Positions 29,655 to 43,745 are shown, counted from the stretch's first letter. The stretch is 64,000 bases of DNA from Octopus sinensis (GCF_006345805.1 NC_043015.1:2294001-2358000); one strand, 5' to 3'. A program made the numbers and translations. The notes: a model not told the origin generated them from the letters alone.

Positions 29655-31900
29655 AGACCCGTTAAGAAGTGGCTTGTATTTTGTAATAAAGAGATTTTCT
29701 TTACTTATTCGTTGTCTCGAGGTGTATCGTCGTCCCTAAATTGGTAGAGGGGGAAAATTCTGAAGTTTGGTGTTTTTTTGTTGGCGCAAGTATCTGTGTT
29801 GGCTAAAAGCTATTTTTCTGTTTTGGGGAATTTTTTATCTGGGATCTGTGCAGGGCCATTCGTTTACGCAAACCATTTTTGTTTGACCTATGTACTGCTC
29901 TTGACACCCGGAGCAGGTTAGTGAGTATATTAGGTTCTCCGAAGCACATGTGAAGTTGCTTTTCACTGTAAAACGTTGTCCCTGTTTGAAGGAGAACTCA
30001 GAACCCTCGATTAGATAGTCGCATATCCCGCAATTGGGTCTTCCACATTTTTTTACTGTCGGCTTCTGTGTTGAAGAGTGAATTCGGGCTTGTGTAAGGA
30101 GACTTTTCATGGATCTAGCTGTCTTTTGCTTTTTATGATCGTGTGTGTTTGGAGGATTGTGTTCATTCTGTGGTCTTTTTTAGGAGGGGTATGTTGTGGA
30201 GGATGGTGTCGAAGGCTTCGTTATTGAGAGGGTTGTGTGTGGAGATGTATGGTAAGGCTTTTGGTTGTAAGTTTTTCTTTGATTTGGGATGTCTCAGTTC
30301 TTGATGTTAAGTTGAAGGGCACGTTGAATGTATTTGTCAATAAGTGAAGGTGGATAGTTCCTGGTGATTAGGGTATCTTTTAGTTCTTGTAGTCGTGTGT
30401 CTCTGGTGTTTGCGTTAGAGACTATAGTGCATATCCTTTTTGCTAGATTGAAGGGGATATTCATCCTGGTGTGTCTGGGGTGGCATGAATTGAATGGAAG
30501 ATATTGCTTAGAGTCTGTAGGCTTATAGTATATGTCTGTTTCTATTATATTATTAGCTTTCTTAATGAGGATATCGAGGAAGGGGAGTTGTTGTGCTATA
30601 TTCCATCGTGAATTGGATGTTTACGTCAGTCCGTTTAAAATTTTCTGGAATTCTATGAGTTTTTCTATATTTTTATGCCAAAGGATGAAACAGTCATCTA
30701 GATATCTCTTCCAGTTGTTTTCTATGTAGATGGAGAAAGGGCTGCCATATCTTTCTAGAACCTTACGATACAGACTGATCTCTAGGTATCCTATGACTAG
30801 GTTGGCAAAGGAGGGGGCCATTCGTGTACCCATCGCAGTCCCCGATTTTTGTGTCGGTAGACGTTGTCATTGAAGGCGAAGAAGTTATTTTCCAGGATGA
30901 ATTAAACCCTTCTATCACAAATTCTTTTTTGATGCGGTGTGGTAGTTCGTTGGCGTGATTCTCTAGCCAGAATTGGATTGCCTCTAGTCCTAGGTTGTGG
31001 GGGATATTGGAGTAGAGGTTGACTACATCGAAGGATACCAGATGGTGTTTTTGTTTATAGTATTCGGTAGGTGATTGAGCATATCTAAGTCGTCCCTTAT
31101 ATAGCTTTTGACATGTTTGAGGAGTGGTTTTAACAGGGTGTCTAAAAAGTTACTGAGGCGGTGGGTTTCGCATGCGGGACCTGCTATTATGGGTCTCAAT
31201 TTGAGGTCATTAGGATTAGGGACTTTAATTATTTTGTCTGTAACTATCTTGCATGCGTTGCTTATTTTTTCACTTTTGTGGATCTTAGGTATACCGTAGA
31301 ATTGGCTAGTTTTACTTGTGAAATTGGTCATATAATCATATTCTTTGTCGGTTAGCCCTGCTTTGTATGGGTTTAATATGGATTTTAGTTCCCTCATTTA
31401 GTTCCCTTTCCAGCATAGAAAGTACCAAAGTTATGTAAAATGTCGTATCCATTAAGACAACAGCACTCCCTTTATCGGCCTCTTTGATTGTTATTGTTTT
31501 ATCTAGTTTAATTTGTTCAACTCAGCCCATTCTTTTTGCTGAAGTTTGGTTTGTGTTTTTGTTTGTGCATATGTGATATGGGTAATTTGATATGTGGTCA
31601 CAGAAATCATCAAGTGTTTTATTCTTACATTTCGAGGGGTGTAGTTACTCCTATTTCTGGCTAACGATTCGTCCTCGTTGTATTTATCGTATAGCTCCTC
31701 AGTAAGTCTTAATTTTCTGCAGAATTCTGCGATGTCTTCTTTCATTTCATTGTAGTTGGGGTGTTGTGGGGTGGGTGTAAACTTGAGTCCTTTGGAAAGT
31801 ATGTTTATTTGGTTTGCTGTTAGTTTCTTGTGAGTTAGATTAATAATTTTTATTACTTTTGGTTCCTCCTGCTTGTTTGGTGCTATCTTGTGTCTCTGTG
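29655..31900 (-). pseudogene. PLE RT / GIY-YIG endonuclease ORF, broken by multiple frameshifts
   Basis: ORFs 31503-31745, 31023-31397, 30621-30833 and 29835-30110 join by single-base frame switches. Intervening frames read FLDILIKK..IETDIYYKPTDSKQYLPFNSCHPRHTRMNIPFNLAKRICTIVS. Confidence 0.9.
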
Positions 31901-32039
31901 TTTGCGTATTGGGTCTAAAAAATGAATGCGGTGGTTGGGACGGTAGCTAGTATATAGTTGTTCTTTGTTGATTAGGGGTCTCCTGTTGTGATTTATGGTG
32001 TGTGTTCTTGGAGCAGTATTGAGGAGAGCATCCCGATAT

Positions 32040-32362
32040 CCACTGACCATTCAAAATACGACCATCAGGGCACTCCCAGATTCTCCCACCCCCCTTTCCT
32101 CACCAGCCTTCCCTCTACTACCCTACCAAGAACTCACAACTACCTCGAACACACAAGTGCAAACAAGGGAGTCAGAGAAAGGCAGAATGCCACTTAAATC
32201 TGAACACTACTATAGAAATATTCTTTTAAAAAAACTTTTCTTCTAATTTTTCTAAATTTAATTATTTAATCGTTACAGTTGAAAAGGTCTGAAAATGACC
32301 GAAACCGGTACTGAAATGTTCACTATAAAATTATGTTAGCATTTTCTATTTTTTACTTGTTT

Positions 32363-32372
<10 letters not shown>
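32040..32372 (+). repeat. PLE inverted pseudo-LTR copy at the 5' truncation point
   Basis: CCACTGACCATTCAAAATACG...TTTTTCATAT is the reverse complement of 28809-29138; ends in (TA)n. Confidence 0.9.
32271..32318 (+). ncRNA. Type I hammerhead ribozyme, U3-A8 core variant
   Basis: CGTTACAG TTGAAAA GGTC-TGAAAAT-GACC GAAA CCGG TA CTGAAATG: stem I, variant core, stem II, GAAA, palindromic stem III ACCGGT, GUA cleavage site. Confidence 0.7.
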
Positions 32373-32409
<37 letters not shown>

Positions 32410-32500
32410 ATATATATATACACTAAAGGAGACATAGAAACAATAGATTGATGAGTATATTCTTGTATAGCTCCAGATATGATTGTCAGTTTGTTTTTTT

Positions 32501-32545
<45 letters not shown>

Positions 32546-34478
32546 ATAGCATAGCGCAGGATTTTTCCGAAATATTGTGAAATATTCGTCCATATATTTT
32601 TAATTTGCCTACATTCCACAGCATAAATGTATTCATACATATTCATATGATAGTGTGTGTATGTATCTGTGTGTGTGTGTGTGTTGTGCACGCGCGTTTA
32701 TGTAGTTGTTTATATTTATATAATATGTATGTACAATATCTACGCACATCTATAGGCAGAAGTCATCAAAAATTGCTCGAAAGTAAAATAAGATATTTTC
32801 ATATTTGCAGAACATATTCTATGCTTCGAATACAATAGAAAGTGTTAAAACCCAAATATATCACACGAACAAGAAATACAGAATAAAGAAAAATAGAACG
32901 AAATCAGCAACACATTGCCTCAAGCGATATTCACCAAAAGGATGTAGTGACAAGAAAATGCAGGTGTTTTTATTTCGAATAGTATTTCTATTCTGACTTG
33001 GAAAACTTTTGCCGATTAGAAAGAGGTGATGCGACTGTGAAGGTGATATTGAAATATCTTTACCACGAGGGCTTCACTGGAAATAAGATGAACTTAAAAT
33101 ATAAAAAAAGAACAACATCGTATATAAGCATGGCATGATATTATCAATGACGTAAATGGTACGATGAACAAAATAAAATAGAGACAGAGCTGCGCCCTTT
33201 TGATGAAATATAATGGTTGATGCGGTTCCTAAAATCGTTTTATCTGCTTGAATAGGAAGCGAAGACATTCCGGCATCATGCATTACCCGAGTGGTAATAT
33301 CTTAAAGCTTTTTGTCGCTGAATTACTGTTTTTCATATCATAGGACGCACTCCTTTAAAAAAAAATGATTGAGAAAAACTCCTCAGGTGTTAACGTATAT
33401 GCGACATTAAGCCTCTCAAAAGCATTAGTACAGTAGAAACACTTCCTGTAAATGGCAAGAAATCCAGGCATCTAAGCCGTAGCATTTTCTTTCATTTTAA
33501 TTTTGGCCTGTCAACTCTGTCAATCATCCAAATTTTCCTTTCCGTCTATTTGTGTGCGTTTCCTAAGAGAATCGTTGATATATTCATTAGAAAAATCATC
33601 ATTGTTTTTCCCTCGTGATATGCCTTGTATTCCTAAATTTTAATCATGACAATTTCCATATTGAATATATCCTTTAGGTAACATATTTCCGTTTCGGACT
33701 TTTATACTCTTTAATTAGCAGACGCCGACTTCCTTTTGCAATATCGAAACACTTAGCTACGATATACCAAAACCGTAGCGTCGAATAAAATAGCTTTGTA
33801 CTCCCCCAAAATTATGTAATTGTTATATGCTATGCATTTAATCCAACGTGAAAGCCCCCATGCTTTACAAAGTATAAATCAAGGTGTTGTGGTATATTTT
33901 AGGTACCTGGTATTTTCTGGATTTCTATTTCGGAGAATTTTCCAGAATGATTATTCTTTCCCTTTTATATGCACCAGAGATTTTCTATTCGGCGGTGATC
34001 AATCAAATTTCTGGTATTATATATCAAGATTTGTATCGTCTTCTAAATGCATGATGTACCTGCATAATTCTTGTCTGTTCCTCTTATTTATATGCGCCAA
34101 AGAGTAATAGGAATTAGGAATATTATGCAATGCACACGTTATGCTCTAAAATAATATTTCGTTAGTGGTCTTCCGTCTCATATACGATCAATATTGATTG
34201 ATGATAGTGTGCAAGGCAAAGTTGACCTCGGCGGAATTTTAACACAGAAGGTAAAGATAGGCAAAATACCTATTTTTTACTACCCACAAGGGACTAAACA
34301 CAGAGAGGACAAACAAGGACAGACAAACGGATTAAGACGATTATATCGACCCCAGTGCGTAACGCCGAAAGGTACACATATTCAGAGCGTGGATGTGGGT
34401 GTTAATATTAGAATGCTAGTTTGTGGTTTAGAAGTTTGTGATTTCGGGTGTCGCTGACGTACCATGTCGAAAATTTAT

Positions 34479-34710
34479 AAGGCTGCGAGCTGGCAGAAAC
34501 TCGGCCTTATAAATACCGCTAAACATGTATTTCGTCTGCAGTTACGTTCAGAGTTCAAATTCTGCCAAAGTCGACTTTGCCTTTCATCCTTTCGGGGACG
34601 ATATATTAAGTACCAGTTACGCACTAGGGTCGATATCATCGACTTAATCCGTTTACCTGTCCTTGTTTGTCCTCTCTGTGTTTAGCCCCTTGTGGGTAGT
34701 AAATATATAA
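34479..34710 (+). mobile_element. tRNA-derived SINE family A
   Basis: Full head to CCCCTTGTGGGTAGTAAA tail. Confidence 0.8.
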
Positions 34711-35249
34711 GTATACATACTCAGCCCTTTTCACGTAAATTTATCACGAAACAACATTGCTGTTATTGTGTATTGACCACGAGAAGGACATGAGAAATCT
34801 TCTCTATATTTACTTAGAATTCAAGAAATCGAAGCAAAACCTACAGAGCACATATTCATATTGAAAAAATCTTTACAACAGACGAGTACACATTAATTTA
34901 GTTTTATATAAGGTAAATACAAGAACAAATGTTGGTCCAATAACCGTGACAAACAAACATAATCATCGGAAAATTAGTTATTATTGCATTGACCAAGAAT
35001 AACGTAATATATCTCTATAAGTTTAATTCCCACTGGTTTAAATGTTTCTTTTGAACAATGGTCGATATTATGACTCCATTTATTCCAGCAAAACTTAGGC
35101 TTCTGCCTCTGTTTGCTTTTTCCTTTGTCATTCTCAATAATATTGTTTGTTTTTTTCCTTTTTATGATGAAACACATTCTTATCGCTGTCAGCATCATGC
35201 CTTGTTTAAACTCATCGTGATACAAATAATTATGTTGTTAGTCATGGTG

Positions 35250-35892
35250 GTAGTGATGCTGATCTTAGTGGTGGTGATGTTGCTCATGGTGGTGGTGGTG
35301 ATGGTGGAGATGATGATGATTCCACTGCTGCAGGTGCTGCTGCTGGTGCTGCTTTTCATGATGATGAGGATGAGGAGGTGGATGATGAATATAACTGATA
35401 ACGCTGCAGCTGCTGCTGATTATAATGAAGAGGATGGTGATGATGAGAAGGAGGAGGAGGACGCCGACGACGATTGTGTTTAGTTTATAACGCTGACGTT
35501 GATGATAATGATGATGATGATGATGGCAGATAACCCTGATGATAATAATGATGATGATGAAAGATAAACCTGATGATAATGATGATGATGATGACATGTA
35601 ACCCTGATGATAATGATGATGATGATGATGATTATAATGATGATTTTGATGATAATTATGACAGATAGCCCTGATGATGACAGATAAGCCTAATGATGAT
35701 GACGATGATGACAGATAACTCCGATGATAATGATGATGATGATGATGATGATGACGACAGATAACCCTGACGATAATGATGATGATGATGATGACATATA
35801 ACCCTGACGATAAGGATGAAGATGATGATGATGATGACGACAGATAACCTTGACGATAATGATGATGATGATGACATATAACCCTGACGATA

Positions 35893-35926
<34 letters not shown>

Positions 35927-36470
35927 CGACGATGACGACGACGATGAAGATTGTGTTGCAGACGGTGTTGGGAGTAGCGCTGGTAATAATCATGACATCG
36001 ATGATGGTTGATCACGGTGACGTTGAAATAATGAAAGGTAATATTGAAGAACATGATGAAGATGCTGATGAGGACTAATGATGTAGTTAATGGCTAATTG
36101 CGCATGTCACTGCTTCTCCTTCTGCGGCTGTTTATTGTTGTTACTGTTTGAGATCCTCGTCGCTATTTTGAAGGCGATGGGTATTAATGATTTTGTTTGC
36201 TGAGGAATTATGATGACAAACATTGCTATCATGTGCATTCTCCACAACCTCCTCGTCCTCCTCCTCATCATCATCATCATCAACATCATCCCTATTTCTA
36301 TCGTCGTCGTCGTCAACGTCTTCGTCAGCATCGTCTTCGTCAGCATCGTCATCAGCATCTCGTTGCATTCTATGCCCGCATTTACCAATCTTGATATTAG
36401 CCGACATTTGAATTCCACTTCAAAATCTCATCAGTATTTGCGTATTGTCAAGCTGCTGCTGCTACTACTA

Positions 36471-36502
<32 letters not shown>

Positions 36503-36530
36503 ACTACTACTGCTACTGCTACTACTACTA
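35250..36530. repeat. (GAT)n/(CAT)n/(CTA)n trinucleotide complex with an embedded compound minisatellite
   Basis: GAT runs interrupted about 10 times by ACAGATAACCCTGA(T/C)GATAA at 35525-35895. Confidence 0.9.
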
Positions 36531-36729
36531 CTCACAGCACATTCATACTTAAATGTGTTTATGTACATATATGCACAAGCATAATATACAGAGGAACACA
36601 CACACACATTAACATAGATACGTATATATGTTTAAATATATATATATGTATAAATAAATATATATATTTATGTATATATATATATATATATATGTCTAAA
36701 TATGTATATATATATATATATATATATAG

Positions 36730-36761
<32 letters not shown>

Positions 36762-36792
36762 GTATGTGTATATGTATGTGTGTATATATGTG

Positions 36793-36872
<80 letters not shown>

Positions 36873-36903
36873 GTATGTGTATATGTATGTGTGTATATAT
36901 GTG

Positions 36904-36956
<53 letters not shown>

Positions 36957-38388
36957 TTCCATATATACACACACACCCACACACACACACATGCATTCAT
37001 ACATAAAATGTGTGTATGTGTAGAAATGGTCATTGCAATAATGGATTTCTCATTAATCTTCATGAGTGGTCATAATTATTCTCGTAGTTCTCGCTCATAT
37101 TTGCATTTCTCTCTCTCTCTCTCTCTCTGTCTTCGTCACCGCCACGACCACAACAGCCGTCCTCCTCCTCGAAGCTCACCACTTCCACTTCCTATAACTC
37201 CTCCACCTTTCCCTCATCAACGTTTACAGCATCATCACCACCACCACCACCACCACAATCATCACCATCATCTTCATCATCCCCACAATCCTACTCCTCG
37301 TCCTCCTCCTCATCATCGTTATCGTCATCGCCGTTGTTGTCGTCCTCGACATCGTTGTCATCATCGGCATCGTCAGCATTCTTATCATCTTCATCAGTAT
37401 TATCATCATTATCGTCATTGTCGATGTCGTCATCTTCGCCGTCGTCATCCTCCTCCTCCTCATCATCATCATCATCATTATCTGCATCATCATCGTCGTG
37501 ATAGCCACCATTACATCGTCGTTGTTGCTGTCGTAGTAGTCGCCGTCGTCGTCGTCATCATCATCATCACCATCTTCCTCCTCCTCATCATCATCAATGT
37601 CATCATCATCATCATCATCATCATCGTCATCATCACTATCATTCTCAGCATTACCTTCCCCGTTGTCGCCATCACAATTCTCAATAATTGTCGTCATCGT
37701 CAGGGTCGTTGCGTTCTCTCTCTTACTTTAGTAATTCGCTGGCGATGTTCTTAGTAGCTTGTCGAGCGGTAAAAGTAGGCAATTATAAAATCTAGTGGTT
37801 CAATAACATTAAGTTAATCAGCTGGTTCTCGCTGAAGAGGTTTATGTTTGTTCTTTGACCTTCCATCGTCTTCAAGACTGCTTCATATACGGCGTATATA
37901 AGAAATGCATTTGCTTCGAATTTAAGTTTAGAGTGACCGATATTTTTAAATGACACTCGAAATGTAATTTTCTCTGTACCATCTGAGTGACATTTTCCTG
38001 AGATCATGCAAAGATTAATTTCGTATATACTAAATTAGAAGCAACCAAATTTAGGATATGAAGCGTAAGTACGTACCCATTTAAAAATAAAATACAAATT
38101 GACTGCTGTAAAACTTTTCTGTGAAATCAATATAACTTGAACTATATTTCTCGTTGAGTGCCCGCTAAATTGTGACGGCTATTGTTGGTATTCCTTTTGA
38201 ATGCTCATGTACTTATCGATGCAAGTGTGTATGCATGTGTGTGTCTCTGTATGTATTTGTGTGTATATGTACGTATGTGTCCCTCTCTCTTTCTCTGTGT
38301 CTCTCTCTATCTTTATATAAATATACATATATGCATATATTCATACGCACATTTACGTGTATATACGCATATATATTCACACATACAA

Positions 38389-38472
<84 letters not shown>

Positions 38473-39892
38473 GCTCCTGCATATAGGGACAAACACTCTC
38501 ACTCACATATAGTTAAAGTGTTTGATAGAGATATACATACACACACATGCACGCAAACACACACGCATCCACACACACATATCCACACACACACATCCAC
38601 ACGCACACATATATATATTTATATGGGTATATATTCATATAGGGTACAGGCTGAATAATACTGAAAAATTGGGAGAATGTGTTAATTCACCTAATGTTTT
38701 ATAGAAGCTGTCGAACTTTCCCAAGAGCTACGTCAAATTGTACTTCGTATTGCAGATTTCCTTTTCACATAAATAATATATTTTGATGACTAATAATTGC
38801 GACTATTATGAAAAAAAAAAGAAAAACAATTTACAAGGCTTGTGGATCCTCTTTCACTCCGATTCTATTTTTTTTCCTTTTCCCAAAACTTTGGAAGGAC
38901 TTTGGAAGGACTTTTTATAAACATATACGTTTATAGCATTTTAGAGTGGCCAGCTTGATTAAATGTAGACCGCTACCCCATTAAGTGAATGTTATTTGAT
39001 AGCTACTTGGATATTTTATTCTATATCGTAATAATAATATTTTTTAAACTAAGAGCAATTGAGATTATATGATACAGCGATATATCCTACGGAACACAAG
39101 TGATGCTAGAAAAAAATGGTTCAACTGCTTTATTGAAAACTGCAGTGTCAACAGAAGAGCAGACAGGAAATTAAGTGCTACAGACATCAGAAATATCTAT
39201 GATCACCAGTCCCTTAATTGCAGGTTCAAATATTATCATGTAAGAATCGTTCATTTTTATATGGCAGCCATTTAATACATACTCGGGAATAGTATGTACT
39301 GAAGTAATTGCTGCCGTATGCGAGGAAACATGGCAAAAGAACATGCTTCAATTCTCCATACTCTGGCTTATTCAGGGAGAGTCCTAAATAATCTATTTTC
39401 CAGCACAAATACAGCTAAATATATCAATGGCAAGAACTTAAAATCGATAAGAAATATGAAATCTAATGTTATCTGTTTCAAAGGTCGATTGCATTCCATG
39501 CAACGTTTGCCTTTATGCATTAATGCATATATGCACGAAAGTATTATGTATGTATGCATGCAACAATTATGTATGTATTAAAATATATGTATGTATGCAT
39601 GTACATGTCTATGTTTGGAGGTATGCAATATTTTTATGTATGTGGGTATGAGTGGAATAATCGTCGCTCTTCTTCAGCTGGCACGGATCCGATGCTCGTG
39701 TCATTGTATTTGTAACATATGTTGACATGGTCACGGGTATACGAAGCTGATTGGCTTTTCGGCATAAAGAGACCGATAGAAAAATTACCAGGGTTACAAA
39801 GTCCTTGTCTAGATTTCTTCGGCGAAAATAATCTTTAGAGTGGTGTTCCAACATGGTCTGTCATATGACTGAAACAAGTAAAAGAATACAGG

Positions 39893-39970
<78 letters not shown>

Positions 39971-40231
39971 GCACTCACATACACGAGCACTTACACGGAC
40001 ATACAAAATCTGATTGACAGATAATGTCAACTGAAATATTAGCAGAATAACCGTAAATGCTTTTGCACCATGGATTTGAAACCATGTTAAATAATTTCGA
40101 ATGCTCTTTATTTTGAAGTTAATGAATTTATCTCACGAAAACGTGTTTTTTTTTACAATAAGGCAATTAGGAGTCGGTAGAAACGGTCATAATAGTCCAA
40201 CAGCTGTACCTCTATTGTTAATCACACACCC

Positions 40232-40308
<77 letters not shown>

Positions 40309-40379
40309 CTGATACTGTAATACGTACTGGTGATGCCGTCTTCTAGTTATCTTATGCCCAATATGAGTTCTTACATTGA

Positions 40380-42055
40380 TCATGCCATAGAAATAGTATA
40401 CTAGAAATACAACTAGTTGATTGACACAAACTCAGCTGCTGGACCTGATGGATTCCCAGCGATCCTTCTCCAATCGTACAAACGAGACCTTGCAAAACCG
40501 CTACAGCTTCGTTTTCAGAGCTTTCTTGCAAGTGGTAAGCTCCCAGTCAAATTGAAAGAGGAGGTAATATGCCCTATCCATAAGGGAGGAAGCAGAGCAG
40601 GTGCTAAAAATTATAGGCCTATCTCTCTGACCTCACACATCAGCAAAATCATGGAACGAATAGTCCGTAAGAAGCTCATCATGTTCCTTGAAGAATATGA
40701 CTTGCTGTCTGAGACCCAGCATGGATTTCGACCAGGTAGAAGCTGCCTAACACACCTCCTGCAACGCTATGACTGGGTGTTGAAACAACTACTAAATGGC
40801 TCAAATGTGGATGTAATATATCTCGACTTTGCAAAAGCCTTTGATAAGGTCGACCATGGTATGATCTGTCACAAACTGCGTGGTCTCGGCATAGGCGGAA
40901 AACTTGGAGAGTGGCTGTACAACTTCCTAAAAGACAGAAACCAGGCAGTTGTGAGCAATGGAGCCACCTCCAAGGAAACACAAATAGCAAAGACACAAAA
41001 AGTCTTGGGGCCACTATGAACATCAGTGGCCCTTTAAGACATGCCTTCAGTTGCTACGATGACCACCCTTGCTAGCTATGCAGATGACACAAATGTCTCC
41101 CACGCAATACAAAACCCTGAAAATATTGCGCATCTGCAACAGGAGTTGGACACAATATACAGGTGGGCTGAGGACAACAACATGCAGTTTAATGCAGGTA
41201 AGTTCCTGGCCCTACGCTACTGGCACACAAAGGAAAACGACGTGCAGAATGGATACACTGGCCCAGGAGAGAATTGCAATCCCTGAGTCAAAATCAGTGC
41301 CTGACCTGGGCATTGACATGAGCAATGATGCATCTTTCCAAGTGCATATTGCTAATCTGGTGATAAAATGCAGACGGATAGCTGGATGGATTCTCCGAAC
41401 TTTCAGAACAAGAGGGAAGGAGACACTGATGGTCCTATGGAAGACATTCGTCCTCAGCCGCTTGGACTACAGCTCCCAACTGTGGTCACCACACAATATA
41501 AAACTAACAGCAGAACTCGAAGTAATTCAGAGAAGCTACACAAAGAAAATCGTCACAATGCAAAATATCAGCTACTGGGAAAGACTGAAGGTATTAAATC
41601 TCTTCTCCCTAGAGCGGAGGCGGGAGAGATGTGCGGTGATATACATCTGGAAAATCTTGGATGGTTTTGTCCCAAACTTTGTCATTCAAAGTTACCCCAA
41701 CCGCAGAACGGGGCGCCAATGCATGGTGCCAAGGACTCCAGCATCACCGTCAAAATACATGTCTAGATACTGCAACAGCTTGGGTTTCAGAGGACCACAG
41801 CTCTTTAACATCCTCCCTAAATGCCTGAGAGACTTACATGGTGTGGATGTATGTTTCTTTAAAACTAAACAGGATCTCTTCTTGTCAGGAGTCCCGAATG
41901 AACCCACCTCACGACAGGAGACGCGGATGCGGGCAGCATCATCGAACTCCCTTGTTGATCAAGTGCCACGTCTCAGAGGTGGATTCACAAATTAATGTAG
42001 CTCATTCAGGGTGGTGCCCCAGCATGGGCGCGGCCTTCGGGCTAAAACATTTTTA
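40380..42055 (+). mobile_element. 5'-truncated CR1-group non-LTR retrotransposon (RT plus 3' end), inactive
   Basis: AAGPDGF, NYRPISLTSHISKIMERI, QHGFRPGRSCLT, YLDFAKAFDKVDH, YADDT, YWERLKVLNLFSLERRRER. Deletion and stops across the GVPQG..LGP motif near 40990-41040. Confidence 0.9.
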
Positions 42056-42066
42056 ATGATTTAAGG

Positions 42067-42110
<44 letters not shown>

Positions 42111-42457
42111 TATATATATAAACTTACTTGGAGAACAGAAAGGAAACGAAACGACGCGAGGGCGCTCAGTCATGCAATAATTTGCAAAATAAAATATATG
42201 CATACATTCATACATATATGTACGTACCTACATCTACATGTATATATACATGCATATATAAATATATATACGTGAGTACAGGACACCACAAATAGACGTA
42301 GAACTCAACGATAAACGAAAACGTAAATACATACATGGAAACGGACCTTTTTTAACAACGAAAACACAGAGTACAAGACAAATAACACAAGGAAAATTCC
42401 CCTTCATCAGCTTCACTCGTTCGACTCCATGCGTGTTCCGAAGGTAAGGACAGAACA

Positions 42458-42524
<67 letters not shown>

Positions 42525-42528
<4 letters not shown>

Positions 42529-42756
42529 TAAACCTCTTCTCCCTAGAGCGGAGGCGGGAGAGATATGCGGTGATATACATCTGGAAAATCCTGGAGGGTC
42601 TGTGCCCAAACTTTGGCATTCAAAGTTACCGCAACCGCAGAACGAGAGCCACTGCATGTTGCCAAGGATTCCAGCATCACCGTCAAAATACAGGTCCAGA
42701 TACTGCAACAGCTTGGGTTTCACAGGACCACAGTTCTTCAACATCTTCACTAAATG
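42525..42756 (+). mobile_element. Second, diverged fragment of the same CR1-group LINE
   Basis: Homologous to about 41591-41824 (VLNLFSLERRRERYAVIYIWKILEG) with several substitutions. Confidence 0.85.
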
Positions 42757-42764
42757 GATATAAA

Positions 42765-42810
42765 CTACCTGATGAATGTCCATACAAGTGACAAGAAACG
42801 ATCGTAGTGG
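42765..42810 (+). ncRNA. Type I hammerhead ribozyme (same family as 9838-9899)
   Basis: CTAC CTGATGA ATGTC..GACAA GAAA CGATCG TA GTGG; the roughly 100 nt downstream is also homologous to 9900-10015. Confidence 0.75.
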
Positions 42811-43672
42811 ATATCTTAATTATATTTATTTATATAAAATTTTTTATGTATTGGATTAAGTCTTTCTTTGTTTGATTTGCATAATAGTGGTTTTGTCTCT
42901 AATTAATATTATATATATATATGTATATATATATATATGTAAGAGAAAGAGAGAGAATCGAAAATGTAATGTAAATTAATAAAAGGAAATAGCGCAAAGT
43001 TGCCATCAAATTAACGCATCGGAGGATAGTAAACGATTGATGAGAGCTGTTCACTCGTGGATTTATTTGGGGTTAAATAATTACATAAAACATTAGCCAA
43101 CAAACACGTATGTAACAAAACGTTTTTCCTTGCTCTAAAATATTCTACAATCTCAAGCTGTACTTTGTTTCAAGAAGTGAAATAAACATTAGCGAAATTA
43201 TGATAAATATATTTATTATATATATGATGACGAGATCGTCATCCTCACAACAGCTTCCGTGTTTGTGTTTTGGGGTGTAGAAAGATTTTGTATGGACACC
43301 CAAATCTTTCCATACTACGAATAAGTAGGTCGGAATCACCTTGGTTGAGAAGATCGACCTTGCCTTTCGTTTTTTTTTTTGGGGGGGGGGGGGCTAAATA
43401 AGCGTACAAGTTGAATACTGGGGTCAATGGAATCAAAGAAACATCCACTTACCTAATAATAATGATGGTGATGATGGTGATGATGATGATGACGACGATG
43501 ATGTCGAAATATCAATAATAATAACAACAACAACAATGATTGTTGTTATTGTTGCTATTGTAGTTACTGTTGTCGTTGATGCTATTATTTTAGATGGTTT
43601 CAGTAAAAGGAATTAAACGGCCGATTATTATTATTATTATTGCCATTATTGTCATTATTATTATTATTATTG

Positions 43673-43727
<55 letters not shown>

Positions 43728-43745
43728 CACTACTCCTACTACTAC

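Larger units (their letters stand above)
28809..32372 (-). mobile_element. Penelope-like retroelement (PLE), 5'-truncated, flanked by inverted pseudo-LTRs, inserted in (TA)n
   Basis: Minus-strand fragments encode the PLE N-terminus (IINLTHKKLTANQINILSKGLKFTPTP...FCRKLRLTEE), RT (FYGIPKIHK, RPIIAGP, SFDVVNLYSNIP, MGTRMAPSFANL, WKRYLDDCFILW) and a Cys-rich linker plus GIY-YIG (CGRPNCGIC...NLIYSLTCSGCQEQYIGQT). About 330-bp inverted terminal repeats. Confidence 0.93.

Noticed and set aside
39060-39420. Non-repetitive stretch with weak transposase-like phrases
   Set aside because: In-frame stops and no diagnostic motif; cannot be assigned without a search.
42395-42450. CTGATGA on the minus strand with an upstream GGAA, a possible type II hammerhead
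   Set aside because: No convincing stems or intact GAAA could be assembled by eye.
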